This document shows positions 1-14,300 of a stretch of DNA of 64,000 nucleotides, piece by piece. The DNA is taken from assembly GCA_002633005.1 (NCBI GenBank), contig NMRA01000069.1, positions 298,422 through 362,421 of the forward strand. Direction: 5' to 3'. The notes beneath the pieces are model-generated. The model ran no database searches and was not told the DNA's origin. It saw only the letters and a list, made by a program, of their open reading frames with translations. Every line of letters starts with the position of its first letter. Position 1 is the stretch's first letter. The DNA comes from Phoronis australis. Lineage: Eukaryota > Animalia > Phoronida. The translations under genes and the position numbers were made by a program.

Positions 1-32
1 GCTAGAGTATGGTAACTAGTCTAATAAACTAC

Positions 33-961
33 TAGGCAATGACCATCGCCTCTGTTGGCCCGAACCAGAGGCGATGCAGAGGCTATAGGCGCTCTGTACG
101 CCGGAAGCTTTTCGGCGAATTATGCCTCGCACCGACTAAACCATCAAAGCCACATTGTTATAAATACCTTTTGCGCATAGAGGAACACCTTAGGAGGTTG
201 TCGATGTGTTTAATTCCTTCCAACTCGAACAAATACTCCCGTTATCAAAATTTTTCTTCGAGCAGTACCTATTTCAGTTCCCAAAATCGTGAAATCAAAA
301 TTTTCATTTTTTTTAACCAGGCCGAAGGTCAGAAGTTGCGATCCTACCGGCGAACTTTGAAAGCTGAAGTTCCCGCCGTTTGCGTACGTGCTGCCAGGAA
401 CCAGCCGTGCATTTGCCGTGTTGTTAAACATTAAAATGTCAAATATGTGCACAAAGACTATTAAATGTCACATCAACAGCATTTATTTTTATCAAATACA
501 AACAATAATTCATTGAAATACAAACAGTTTCAAGTAACGCCAATTAAAGACAAGTATAAGTGGTGGCATTTTGGAAACGAACATTTGACTGACAAGACCG
601 CAATGGCTAACCTTTGGCCTATTTAAAAATTGAGGTGATGAAGTCACATCACCTAGCGAGCGCGGTAAAAATCGTGGAGCGTGCGCAGTACAAAAATTTT
701 GATTTCACGATTTTGGGAACTGAAATAGGGACTGCTCGAAGAAAAAGTTTGATAACAGGAGTATTTGTTCGATTTGGAAGGAATTAAACACATCAACCTC
801 CTAAGGTGTTCCTCTGTGCGCAAAAGGTATTTATAACAACGTGACTTTGATGGTTTAGTCGGTGCGAGGCATAATTCGCCGAAAAGCTTCCGGCGTACAG
901 AGCGCCTATAGCCTCTGCATTGCCTCTGGTTTGGGCCAACAGAGGCGATGGCCATTGCCTA
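33..961. mobile_element. Non-autonomous foldback DNA transposon, TAG...CTA termini, 9-bp TSD (AcademH-like)
   Basis: ~270-bp inverted arms (33-~305 vs ~690-961) begin TAGGCAATG and end CATTGCCTA. A perfect 9-bp direct repeat ATAAACTAC flanks them at 24-32 and 962-970. The mirror ORFs 39..434(+) and 653..955(-) are by-products of the arms. Confidence 0.8.
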
Positions 962-1918
962 ATAAACTACCAGAGGCAGAGCCAGGGCAGAGGCAGAGGA
1001 ACCGAACAGATAACTCAACTACCTGCCTGTCGTACAGTCTAGGAAGGGAGTAAGCCCAGTAAACAAAGTCAGTGCTAAGTGAACGACGATGAAAAATCGT
1101 TACCTCGTTATAGAAAGTACAATAAGAAACTAGTTTTAGGGAAAATCAACTACGTATCATGCTCAAATAATAAATCGTGTGCTATCCCAGACGGTCGGCA
1201 ATAAACTTTTTCCTGTCTGCACCTGCGCCCTCTGCCGTTCCTTGTTTTTAAATGTCTGTTTTTGTCACAAAATCTAGTATAACTTAAATTTCCACGGGAA
1301 AATGCGATCAAATAATAAATCAAATATTTATACCATTTGTTGTCTTTGCGAAATCAGTCCACTATTTGTTGAAATTAGTTGGTGACCTAATTTACGACAA
1401 CCGTGAGTCACATATGTGTGTGATAAACTGAAAGCAGAACGGAGGTGTCCTGCTCATTTAGCAGTTAATACCTCGTTTTCTGGGTATGTTTTAAAAGTTT
1501 GTGTTTTCAGCAACTTTTGAATAGTGTTATGGCGTTTCGCTTTATTTAACTTTAGTTAATGAATTCAATTTTAACTGATGAAATAGTTTTGTTGGAGTTT
1601 GTACTCTCCAGCTCAGCCTTGCCCTGGGCCTGGACTTGGTACAAAGCTGTATACTAAATATACAGCTTTGCTCCGATGTGGGTAAAAAAGTGGTAAGATA
1701 AAATCTGAAACAAAATTAGTGTCATTAAAAACTATAGTCTTCATTGAGTAAACTAAGTTATTTAACGGTGTTGGAAAAAATGGCGTTCTACCGTTATTCT
1801 GCTGCTAAAGTTGTGGAGTGATCTTTAGGGATGGCTTTCGGTGCCATGAAATATTGCGTCACCTATTGGCCAGTTTCTTTTTTCGCCGATTCTTCAATCA
1901 ACTGTTCATCTTTCACGA

Positions 1919-2157
1919 GGTTGCGTACACGTCACAACAATTTATCGGAACTAGTTTCACTTCATTATAAGTTTTTAGAATTTCGATACCAAAAAACCAA
2001 ATTTCAGAAGAAATTTTGCTGCTGCCAAGCTATCATCNGGTTGCGTACACGTCACAACAATTTATCGGAACTAGTTTCACTTCATTATAAGTTTTTAAAA
2101 TTTCGATACCGAAAAACCAAATTTCAGAAGAAATTTTGCTGCTGCCAAGCTGTCATC
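1919..2157. repeat. 119-bp direct duplication split by a single N (likely contig/haplotype overlap artefact)
   Basis: 1919-2037 and 2039-2157 differ at about 3 positions, with n at 2038. Confidence 0.8.
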
Positions 2158-2180
2158 ATCTCTCTCTCTCTCGAGAATTT

Positions 2181-2331
2181 AGGAAATGGCGCATGCGCGC
2201 GACACGAGTGTACTTTTTTCAAAGCGATGACATACTTTTCATTGTTAGAAAAGGCGGAGAGTCGCGTACGCCAGAAAATGATGTTTATTGCATTGTTTTT
2301 AACTTAAACGGCTGTAACAGGCAAGGTGAGT
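2181..2331 (+). promoter_or_regulatory. Possible promoter/first non-coding exon (YY1-like AAATGGCG, NRF1-like GCGCATGCGC, donor AAG|GTGAGT)
   Basis: CpG-rich patch aggaaatggcgcatgcgcgcg at ~2181-2201 and a consensus donor at 2325/2326. It could be the FKBP8 5' end or part of a transposon. Confidence 0.25.
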
Positions 2332-2541
2332 GTCGGTTGATTCCCAGACTTTGCATGCACCCCGTCCGGTCTTTAGATTTATATGTTGATACAAGTTTCA
2401 CAGCGAGGTGACGAGTAGAACTACCCTGGCTTATGCAATTTTGGGGTCTACGGAAGAAATACACACAGTGGTACCTAGCTGTATTTTGACGACAGTCTTC
2501 ATACAGCTAGCTGGATGGCTAGCTCAGCCTCATCAAGTTGC

Positions 2542-2810
2542 TAGACACTGACCACCATCTCTAGCTGGCCCCAGTAGATACGAAGAAGTTCCTATAGGAG
2601 CTTCATACTTCAGAAGCTTTTTGCCGAATTGTGACTCACACTTATTAAAACTTCAAAGTCACGTTGTTATAAGTGTGTTTTGCGCATAGAGAAGGACACC
2701 TGAGGAGGTCGTCGATGTCTTTAATTCATTCCAACTCGAACAAGTACTCCCGTAATCAAACTTTTTCTTTTATCAGTCCTTCGTTCAGTTGCCCAAATCG
2801 GCAATTTTTA
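2542..2810 (+). mobile_element. Solo left arm of the TAG...CTA foldback family
   Basis: Starts TAGACACTGACCACCATCTCTAGC and aligns with 33-300 and 48104-48360 (shared ttccaactcgaacaa...actcccgt...atcaaa core). Confidence 0.7.
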
Positions 2811-2859
2811 CCACTGCGCGAGCTCCTGGCAGACGAGGTAAAGATAGTAGCGCATGCAG

Positions 2860-4210
2860 TATTAAAAATGGCCAGTGGTGGCAATTTAAAAATTTTTGTG
2901 TATATTTTTGACATCCGCTCTCCTCTCTGCCAAGCCACTCAAAGGATTGGGCAAATGTATTCCTGATGAGAAAACCGCAGCTGACACACTTTTTGGACGG
3001 GTTCGACTATTGTCGCAACCCCTAGTGGGAATTTTTGTTTTTTGCATCCATGGCTGTGTCTCCTTAACTCTTTGCCTTTGGAATGTCTTTGTGAAATATG
3101 GAAGATGGTAACAAATGACGACAAATTTCAACTATAGGTGGCAGTTTTAGTTTTTTATGTTTGCGTCTGTATCTTTGGAGTTCATTGGTTCATTCTTCTG
3201 AAATTTTACAGATAGGTTTCTATCAAGGCAACAACTTTCCTTATTCGAACAGATTCAGCATATTTTGCACCACCTAGTGGCCATTTTTATGATTTTGAAT
3301 TTGTTTTTTAGCATCTGCCTTTTGTCTGCCAAACTCAGCAAGCATCATCAGGAATCATACCAGTAGCAGTTGTTTTCCTGATGAGAAGACCATGACTGAC
3401 ATTGATTTTTGGCGGCATCCCTTTGTGATAATTTTTTTTATTTTACGACCGTGGCTGCAGCTCCTGATTTCTCTATGCATGATGTTGATGAACTCTTTCA
3501 GGTGTTTTCCTGTATAGGTGTAAAAATGGCTGCCTGTAACTTTTTGGACGGCTCTGACTACGGTTACGCCCCCAGTGTTACCAGTAGCAATTAGATTTTT
3601 ACTTTTGCCTCCATGTCTTCTAAGTTCCTCAATGTTTTTTCATGAAGTTTTGTAAACAGTTTTCTATTGTGGAGATGAAGGCATCTTGCCAATTTGTGAT
3701 GGATCCAACATATACTGCGCCTCGTAGTGGCCTTGTCAATTATTTTTTAATCTTCTTTTTTGCCGTTTGCTTCTGCATCCGCCAAACCGCTCAGAGGATT
3801 GCTATGAAAATTGGCAGACATGTTCCTACGGACATGAGCACGACTGGCGTGTATTTTCAAATTGGTCCAACTATTGTGGTGCCCCCTAGTGACATTATTT
3901 TTGCATTTGCCACTGTATCTACTAAACCCAAGTGCAAGATTTGAATTTGTCAAGAAGTCTAGTCCTATTCTTATTAACTTGATGGACGGATTTAACTAAC
4001 CCTGTACCTTCTAATTGCTGTTTGTTTATTTTTATACATCTGCCTTTGTATCTTTGGAGCTCCTTGGTAGATGTTCATGAAAGTTAGCAGTTAGTTTTTT
4101 AATAGAGAACATATTCTGCACCATCTGATGGCCAGTTTTATTATCCTAAAAAACACCATTAGGAGCATACTGTTTTCATTGCACTCATGGGTGCATCTCA
4201 ACAAGATGGA
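2860..4210. repeat. Dispersed composite repeat with recurring GCCACTAGG(T/G)GGC-type units
   Basis: Degenerate units with ccacctagtggcc / gccccctagtg motifs; related sequence in the opposite orientation at ~29800-30450 and ~44290-45850. Confidence 0.5.
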
Positions 4211-7200
4211 GCGTTGTTCTTGCTGGTAGAATTTTAAAGGTTTTAATTAATGACGAATTCATGTTACTCGGACATGATGAAGTCAAACGCACAATGCTGG
4301 TCCCCCACGATGTGAAAATGGGTACACCTGACTGACTTCACCGTTCCCTTGGGTCAAGCGGCCAAGACATCTGATTGGCTCTCAGTGACTAATTCCGGCT
4401 AACAGACCTATCAGATGCCTTATCCGCTTGAAAATGCAGAATCAGCAAAGTCAATCAGCCCGCAACCTTTGACACCAATTTTACAATGGTAAATCATCAA
4501 TTAGTTTTTGCATTGTGTTGATAGCTGTTTTCAATAAAAAATTTGAATTGTACGCAAGACACAAAAATGCCCTATGCAACATGTGTACATATTTCTGTTT
4601 CTGTTGACTAAGGACATTATTATATCTGAAAATTTCAGTTGATCCATTCTTGTTGTTTTATTTGCCTATTTATATATTACACATAGGAAGAAATTAGTTG
4701 ATTCCAACTACAAGTAGAGGCTAAGTTTATGGGTATATATTTATGCAAAACACTTGAGGGGAAATATTTCCCTTTGAAGAAGTGCGTCATTTCTGATTGA
4801 TAGACTGACATTGGCATGTATATGGGCCTGTGTTGTAGGGTATAAATTGGACACAAATAGAGACTCAAAAATTAAATGTTTCAAGCATTTGAGTTTTGAA
4901 AATTCAAGCATGGACCCAGAGTATGAACGGGACTTGATAAGTGTCCTTCATTAGATAGCTGATCGTCCTCCGACACTAGGGTTGAACTCCATTCTTCTCT
5001 TTCGTAAAATTTTTGTCATGAAAACAATTCTTTTCTCACGTCATATATTTGTATTCTAGTACAAAAGTACTTAACTTTTCTGTTGATCATATTTCATTTC
5101 TCATGATTAATAGTTTGGTTGCGGTTCTTGGGGTATGAAATTGAATTAGTAAGAACTTAAGAAGAGAATGATGGTTCACAACCAAAGTGTGGAATGAATG
5201 GTATTGGAAAATGTCACCAATTTGAGACAAAAGAATTGCCAAAAATGACCTTTTTCCATTTTCAAAGGCTTCAATTATTGTTTTGAATATTTACAATTTC
5301 TTTAAAGTATCTGATGTTAGCTACAGTGTAACTTAACCGCTGCTCATTACTTATGAAAAAAGAAATAGAATTTCACTTGTTCCCCACACTGTGACCTAAA
5401 TTGATGAGGGATTACCATATTCATGACAAATTAAAACTGTTTGGGAGGTCCTCTGTTGTGCATGATAATAAGTTAGCTTGATGCTGCCTTCTTTTATTTC
5501 TTTAGGAAGACAGATGTTAATTTGTCACAGCCCCAGTTTCCTACAGTCTGTACTTTTACACTATTTTAATTTCCACCTTTTAAGTTCATTGCTTTCGTGC
5601 AGCTTTGCCCGTTGATGTCATAAATAGCCTTTTGTTGCCATGGAGACTCGCCTAGGGCGCAAGTCAGCCCTATATTTCACTGCCATTCGATTCCGACCTC
5701 AATCAATAATTAGTTTCAATTACACGATAGCTCTTAACTCGTCAGATGTCATTTGTCTGTCACCAGCAATGAATATACCGATTACTGCTTAGCTGAAGGT
5801 TCTTGCCATTCAGGGTGCTGTAGAACTCTGAATTAGATGTTTGATCTATTCCAAGGCCAGTTTCTTCTATTCAGCTATCACTCTATGTGCAGATTTTGAG
5901 CATTGTTCATCCGTTGTTAATTTTTATTTCGACGTGGGTCTTTTAATCAGAAGTGGTAAGTGACAACATTTCTTCCTTGCTTAAAATTATGTAGGACTTT
6001 ATTGACAAGTCTTCGCATTTAGTTAAGTATTTAAAAAACTGTAAATTTTAACTTTGTGGAAGCATATATTTTCTGAAAGCAGAATTTGGTTGATCTGTCA
6101 TTAATTAGGTCACATGATAATGTTTTTTGTTAAGGTTAGCGAAAAAGAAATGTACATTGATAACAAAAATAACTTTAGTCAATAACATTCAGAATGAGAT
6201 CTCAAATGCCTTGTTACAGTTTTCTAAAATATTTCATTTTCAGTCGATGCAAATTTTGTCATGAAAGTCATGACACCTGTATTTTTGATAGCCTCTCATG
6301 CAAAAATAGAACATTTTAAATTATTGCTAAGGGCATGCATAAAGCGCAGTAACTACCAACACTTCATGTGAATACGATTTCTCAGATGATGCTCCTAACT
6401 TAGCAGCCAAATTTGTACCTTTTCTAGGATCTTAGTGCGACACCTTAATTTCACTTGGTCAGATTCTTGGCTGTGGCCATGTTTCACAATTAAAGACGTC
6501 AACGGTATATGCAGTGTGTAAGAGTTCACCTTTAGTACCAACACTATGAGAGATGTTATTCAAATGTTTTTTTATTGTCTGATTATACCCTCATGTCACA
6601 AGGAGAAAAAGTGATGTGTTGTGGAATGGAAATAAAAGGCAAAGCCATGAAGGAGTACGGAGCATAGTGTTGGCACCGAGCTGTTGATTTGTTCATGGGA
6701 CAGGGCTTAGAATTTTCCTCTTTTAAGAGGATTTCCTCTTTCTTAGTTTCGTTTTCCTATTATTTGATTTCCAGTTTCCTCTTTTTATGTCTTTTTTATC
6801 ATTATTTTGACTTCATTTATGTAAAAACATTTATTTCAGTTAAATTTCACAACACAAAAATATTTCTATCACACAAGCCTATTTATTTGTGGAACGATAC
6901 GTGACCTGGAAAACTTTCCTCTTTTTTGTCGTCGGTCATTCAAAGTACTGAATGGTTCATACTAAACTTTAAGCTCTTTAATTTTGAGCATGCCTGATTG
7001 GCACTGTGTAATTCGTCCGTCCTACGACCGCCTACTTCTTGTGTCGTGTCAATTTGTTCCGGCTCAGCTGTTCCATAACAAATCAGTGCCGTATAAAATT
7101 CACATAGGCATTGAAAATTTGATATAAAAAATATGAATACATGTAAAGGGACTGCATTATTGATGTCTGTCTATGTGGAAACTCATTTACGTGTTCTAAA

Positions 7201-10200
7201 TTCGCAGTAATAACAGTCGTTCGTGTCTTCAACCGCATTGTACTGTGAGTCTTAGTATTACTTTGATTTCACTGAAATTAAATAATCAATATGAAGCACT
7301 TTCAAACAATGTGTAGCTTGATTTAAACGGATAAGGCTTCTATGTGTTGTCTTTGTTTCTAATTAAAAGTTGAAATTCAACTCCGCTGCACGGTATCTCA
7401 CAGTGCCTGTTTTTGTCATTCAGATGAGGTGGCCATGTTGCCTATTTTCTGCTTCAAAGCATTCCATTTCAAGCCACTCACCAGTTACTCAAAGCATTGA
7501 TTACTTAATTAACTGGAGTAAAGTCTAGGTACGTCTGTGAACTTCATCAACTTGTCTCGTGCGAGCATCCGAACATGTCGTGTGTTGCTAGGGTGAAGTG
7601 AATTAGATAATGTTTTTTGTAGAACTCATTCATAATCTTAGAAGCAAGCCCCTTATGATTGGTGCATGAAAATTTCCATGGCAACACTGACTGTGATAGC
7701 TCAACTCTGGCCAGTGCATTATGGACTAAGGTCAGTGTACAAACATTCTTTCTCAGCCATAATCATTTCAGACCCAATGCGAAAAGTGATTTAGACCTAT
7801 TCTAAAGTTAGGATGCTAATAAAGTTTATACGCTCGAATAGATTAGCCTAGCAGTTGGACCAAAGTTAGTCCTATTACTGTATGTGAGTACAATGCGAAA
7901 GGTTTGGTCTGGACTATTTTTCTCCACCGTTCTAAATTGTCTTGCCACTTCACGCGAGTGCTTTGTTCTTCCCACCATTTCCCATGCCCTTGACATTGCT
8001 CACAGTATATTGTCTCTGTACAATTTTAAACATGTCTCGAATGAATTCAACAAGAATCGAAGTGGAAACTGGTTATCAGACAAAATCAAGATCCTGATAA
8101 GGGCTCTGGTTGGATGTACACTTGGCCTCTTGATCTAGTGAACCAGTTTCCACCACTGAAAAACGGACCTGTTATTCAGTGGTTGCCTGGTGCCAGCGTA
8201 GCGACATCTCGTGTTTAATATGTTGAAGCTTTAAATTTATGACTGTGGAAGCTTAGCATGCCAAGAATTGCACCATTACTCTTGGCACCTCAAAATCCAA
8301 CTGCTGCCAGGTGGTTTGGTAATTGGCCCAGTTGCAAACCACCAGAATTAATGAGGAACATCATGTGGTAACATTATACAAAAAAAAAACTTTTAGGTTG
8401 TATAAGCCACATTTTTGTCCGATTTCCAGAATTCAAAAACTTAATCATGTGTACATTTCACATTTCTAGTTAAAATCTTTCAAAATGAAAATTTAAAAAT
8501 GCCATTGTCGCCCGAGTGTGTTTATGATGGGTGTACGGTAAGTATCTGTGGAGAATGAAAACATTAGCAGCCTGAGGCGATATAATTGTCTACAAGTGCA
8601 TGGTGTCTTTGATCTTTGCGGCAGATTCTGCGGTACGCAAACCAATCTCTGAGGGTTTCGATGTAGGATTCTTTTCTTTGTTCAGTCATGTGGGAAGGGT
8701 GATAATTTGTGACAGTAGGTTACCATGCTGAACTGAGATATTTTGCGACTGCGAACTAGTCAAGAATAATTAATGTGAGAGCAGTTGTATACAAGGATAA
8801 TGCATAGCAGCTGATCAAAATAAGTTGTCATTGGCCAAAACAACAATGTAAAGGACATGAGTTTAGATGCACTCACACACATATGAAGATATGGCCTACT
8901 CCAGAATCTAATCAAACAAAGGACATAAAATGCAAATGTCACTCTCTTTCAGATTACCCCCATAGAGTTGAGGTTCTGTGGGTGAATTGGCCCATACAGT
9001 AGCCACATTTTCTGGAACATAACTGTTAAAGGATATATACAGTAGACTCAATTTTTTGTTTAATGTATCATAAATTCGCAGTTTCAAAGAAAATAAGGAT
9101 GTCCAGGCTATTGGAAATCATGTAGACTGTTTTGACCCTGAAAATTCGAAACCTGATTTGTAATATTACCGTTATATCTCCGTGTTTGTAAATAGAACCA
9201 GTATGAAATGCAAAGTTGGATTGAATAAACCTTTCAAATACCATAGTGTATGAGATTAGCCTTGGCAACTGCGAAAAAGGAAAAATTATAATTAGTTCTT
9301 TGACACTATTTCTAGGATGATGAACTATAAGGAAGGTGCGTGTTTATTGGAAACCCAGCCTTGAATGTTGTCATTTACTAGCTTGTTGAGAGTATTCATG
9401 TTTTATTAAAGAACAACATCATTTAATGGACTTATTCCATACATTTCCTTTATGGAACCATTATCACTTCGTTTTATAGATCTATGTCGGCTTTTTCATG
9501 ATGACACTGGATCCCATATGCTGCATCGTAATAACTCTTGTATATTGCTACGCAGAGACTGTGGTTGTTAAAGCATTAGAAGTGATACGATATGTTTTTT
9601 AAACAACTCCACGTTACATGGCTTCGAAATGTGTATATGCATGCATGTACTGGTAAATGTGATTGACCTTTCTAACATTTTATGTTTCCATGGTGACATT
9701 TTAAAAGCTTGGAAAATTAATTTAGTATTGCTGAACGTCTATGTTTTAAGCAGTCAGTGGAATTGGAACTTTTGCTATTTAAAGATGTATTTTGTCCTGT
9801 TTACCTGACTAAAAAACATAAATCAAATTAGGCCTTCGGGGATGTTCCTAACCAGGTTTGAACCTGTGCCCTTTGTGTGTACCTGATGATAAAAAGTTTG
9901 CCTGTTTTTCAAAACTTTGTGCCCAGCAGGCTTAACTAATGTAATTAAAATGGTAACATATGAAACAGAAACCTCAAGGGCAATCAAAATAAGAACAGAG
10001 TCAAGTTCATGTAAAAGTTGCAATTTCATTTAAAATTTGGAGCCAAGAGATGTGTTTTCATTAATGTAAACAGGAATGGTAATTTACAATCAAATATTGG
10101 AAAACCTAAATGGCCTGTTAACTTGAAATCTGTGACCTATATGTTACCCGACTGACTCTAAGTTGACTAGAATCTTGCATTTTTGGAAGAATGTTGCCTG

Positions 10201-11137
10201 GGGGCGCACTGCTACAATGTACTTCCGCCTTTTTATTTTTTTGCGCTGATGGCGCATAGGCACTGTCCAGGAATATTCCTGGTCCTTTTAGTAAAAGTTT
10301 ACGCTAGTAAAATTAGTCTTTTTAAAATATGCCCTACCCTATTAGGATTCCATTTGCATTACCAATTTAAATCACTGGTAATGTGTACAGGAACCATTTT
10401 CAAATTCACAATTTAGGGCTGGCCAACCCCAATAAGCTCTGAACCGTTTTCTTGAGCGGCTGGTGGGTTCAATGCTTTTAATTGTAATGGAGATAGAATC
10501 TTGTCATGGCAAAGATTATTATGAGACCAATTTCATGAGGAAAAAGGCCTAATTCGAATTCCGTTTTTAGCCACCTAAACTGGGTGATGTGTTGTTCAGC
10601 AAAGAGTTTTTGTATTTGATAAAAGTGTACAATAAAATCATCCAGCTGCAAAAGGGATTTCGACTTTTAAACAATGCGTTGCCAATAGTTTCACCACCAA
10701 TCTAGTGTGTATGGAAACAAAAGGATTTTTTGGATGCCTGCAGTATGAAAATTGATTTAAAATTACTTTCCTTGATGCACATCCCTCCAAAATTCCCGTA
10801 CTTCGGTTGACTTCACATATTCCTTGTCATGGAGAGATATGTGACAGAGATTCTCAAAGAAATTCATACCATAACTCAACTGGTAGACCAGTGTCCAGTG
10901 TAGGTACATGCGGGTCAACTTCCTTGTCACTTCGTTTATTTTAATTCTTGTGGTTGTGTGGGGGTGCCTTACTGCGGAGTTCATTAACCTACGCAGCTCC
11001 CTAGCATTGAGGCTCATGTCAGTCTATAACTTCCGTTTGATGATTTTGTTTGCATAATGTTGTACTGTCTAAAATATTATTGAATTGGCCATTTCCAGAA
11101 CCCAAATTCTGTTGTCAAGGTTGCACATGTTGGCAAA

Positions 11138-11309
11138 ATGAGTGAGACAGAGCAACAGAGTGACGCGAGTTTTGCACCTCCTTTCGAGGGAGACTCTCTC
11201 AGCAAGGAGTCTCCCAACCACCAACAAGATGTCTCGGAAATCACATGTCTCAAAGAGAATGGGTTAAACGAAGAAACAACAGAAAAGGTCAACGGTGCCT
11301 GCAACGAGG
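11138..11309 (+). CDS. FKBP8: FKBP8 coding exon 1 (acidic N-terminus)
   Basis: Acceptor ttccag|11099, ATG 11138 (MSETEQQSD...), donor G|GTACGT phase 1. The frame is also open from 11099, so the start could lie upstream. Confidence 0.7.
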
Positions 11310-14300
11310 GTACGTAGTTTCTAAAAGGTGGGCGGTTGGGTGGGAGGGGGGTGTTCAGGCAGAGGAAGAAGCAGAGGTGCGAGAATGAATGAAAACTAAT
11401 AGAAACCCTCTTTTCGTCACAAATACCAACTTCTGATTTAGACCTCTTATATGAAATTTCGAATTTTTCTTTAGATATGATTTCAGGGCTTTGACAGATC
11501 TGACAGCTCATTGGTTGAGACCAGGGCTCTGAAAAATGACTTGAGACTTAAGACAGGAAATTGGTCTTACGCTCCACATAACTATTTCTAAAAATAATGC
11601 TATAATTTATTGAAAATCACTTTTAGAAAAGAATGAAGTACCGGAGAATATACCCATGACTGTATCTTACTGAGAAGAATTTGTACAAGCTGTTTTCAGG
11701 CAGTGATGTGGTCATAATTTGATGACTCAACCTTTATTTGACAACTGTGAATTGGGAGTGTAGGAAAAATTGTCTGTCTTAAGTCTTGGGTCTGCTTCAG
11801 GAAGTATCACTCAGTGGCGGGTCTAGGATATCAACAAGGGGGGGGCCAAAATTTTGTCCGAGTAATTATGGCCGCATCACAGTCCGGTTATGATCGATAA
11901 AAAATATCTCAGTAACCAATAATTATCAGCAAAACAATTAGTAATCCTAGACTTACATTTCAACTGAGTAACGTTGTGTTCTCATCGCGAGGACTTTCAC
12001 TAGCAACTGGTGAAAGTCCTCGCGATGACGCAACGTCGCTCAATTGATATGTAAGTCCAGTATTAGTTTTAAGCTTTTGCTGATATCTATCGACTGGCTG
12101 TCTAATATTCACCAACTAACTACTAGTCATGGGTATATTCTCAGATATTTTGCATTTTTGCTTTGTGAGATTTAATTATTTTTCAGAAATAGTTATGTGG
12201 AGCGTAAGATCAAATTTCTGACTTGAGTCTGTCAATTTTCATTAGAAAGACCCACAAAGCTCTTCAAGTTGTCACAGCAGGTCATTTTGTATGGCGAGCA
12301 TGGTCGTGAGCAATCAAGAGCCTGAGAACTACTTCTCATCTGAGTTAGGATCAATTTGAGATCAGTTTTATATAACTCTGTAAAAGGTCTTAATCCAAAG
12401 TTAGCTTCTCAGACGTGTTGCGAGTTTATAGACGCTTTAAGCAGTTAATGCATTTATGCATGATACTAGCTGACAGCGTAACATCGAAAGAAGTGTTTGC
12501 ATTAAGAATACAACACTGGAAAAATTCACGTGTCCATACGCCTATATTCGAAATGATTCGTTTTTACTGAGAATTTTTTACGTCAAGTAGTTTACTTATG
12601 TAAGGACAAACAGCTATTCCTTGCAAATGTGTATTTTCTAAGTTGATTGTTATTGTGTATGTTTTGTAATTTCTTAAAGAACTTCCCATTTATATTTAGT
12701 GTTTAGTTTAATACATATTGACCCCTATCACTTTGTTATGGATATTAAGTGTCAGTGATCTAATATATTTGAATTTTTTCCCGTGGATTTACTCGTTTCA
12801 CGTACAGCTACATGCACGTAATTCTGAGCAAAAAATCCAAATGTGGCGGAAAGCGCACGTTGTTTTCACGTCCTAATCAAGTTCTGCGGGTTTTTTTAGT
12901 TTCAGAAAAAATGTGCTTTTATCAATAGATAGATTTGGAGATATATGGCTAAATACATGGAAATGTCTACAAAGTCCTAACTTTTGTAGCCATCTCGCCT
13001 AAGTGGATAATGTCTAAGTGTTCAACCGATGCAGAACTCGCCATTTTGCACTAAGACCAGGAGTGTTACATTTAAAATGTGTATCCCACGAGTGTATAGT
13101 TTCTTGCTTAACGGCACAGCATGGGTGACACGTGGCTAGACCTATCCCTTAAACAACGCTCCTTCGTTGTTTTCTTTGCTTCATTATGAACCATCGATAA
13201 ACAAACAGCAGTCTGACTGATGGCTTTTTACACTGAAGATCATAATGGCTACTGTACCAATATGCCTTGAATGAAAGTCTGAGTAAAACTAGTTTACGTC
13301 TTGGTAAGGTGAGCGAACTTGATGGTCGTGCATGGTGTTCATTGCAACTGGACCAATCAGGTAATGAGAACGCAGCTGTATCCTGGCATCAGATCGCCTG
13401 CCATGAATCATTCCTTACCATGACATCGTCTCCCAGAAGCTGTGTATTAATTTCCAATAATGAAATTATTATCATAAACTGGTCATTCCATACTACATTC
13501 ACTTGGACGGCTTCTTAATCATTTGCTGCAGTTTCAAACAGCCATATAAAACATGCTTCGCAGTTTCACCTTCTTCGGAATGGTCAATCTTATTTCAAAA
13601 GCTTGACTTCCCATTTTTGAAGACCAGTTTTTCAATTCTCTTGACCTTATTCCCTAGGCAGTAATCGTGATGTCCCTTTCATAATTCTTGTGTGTGTGTG
13701 GGCTGTAATCTTGTGTTGACCCTGATATAAAGTACTTGACAAAGGTAATCAAAAACAATACTGTTTCCCAGGCATGATGGCTGAACATCAAGATCATCGG
13801 ATAATTGCTATTGAGCTGGCAAAATTCTAATTACATGATGGCACAGCCACCGTACGGACTTTTATGTTAATTCCCTTTCATTCTTGGTCATTGGGGGAAG
13901 GCAACTTTGATGCCGAATTTGAATTTCAGCTAGCCATCGTGACAGGGATATCTGTGTCATTTTATCCGACTACTTTGTCCTGAACTGTATAATGGCTCCA
14001 GTTATTACACTTCCTTGTACACAACAAAGTCATCAGACAAGTTACATGTCACAAGTCATCAACACAGACCATTATAGCTGCTATGATGGTGAAGTATGCT
14101 TATATTCAGTCATCATGAGGGAATCGTGGGTCATTTTGTCTGGTGTGTTCTGTATTTACAGTGCCCTAGAAGGTTTGTATATTTTACGAACTCGGGATGT
14201 TCTTCAATGAACTCAGTCTTACTGATGGCATAAAATGTTCCAATTGTATTACTTTCTTAGTTATGTAATTGCCTATGTCAAGGCATCTTCGTATTTCAAG

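Noticed and set aside
39-955. Similar ORFs at 39..434, 653..955, 2673..2966, 48185..48478 and 48393..48692 look like a protein family
   Set aside because: They are translations of the inverted arms of one non-coding foldback transposon family.
1831-2307. 158-aa ORF with an internal repeat
   Set aside because: Created by the 119-bp duplication around an N; probably an assembly overlap.
7860-8140. ORF 7884..8138 and its reverse strand as coding or retroelement remnant
   Set aside because: No recognisable motif or consistent splice signals.
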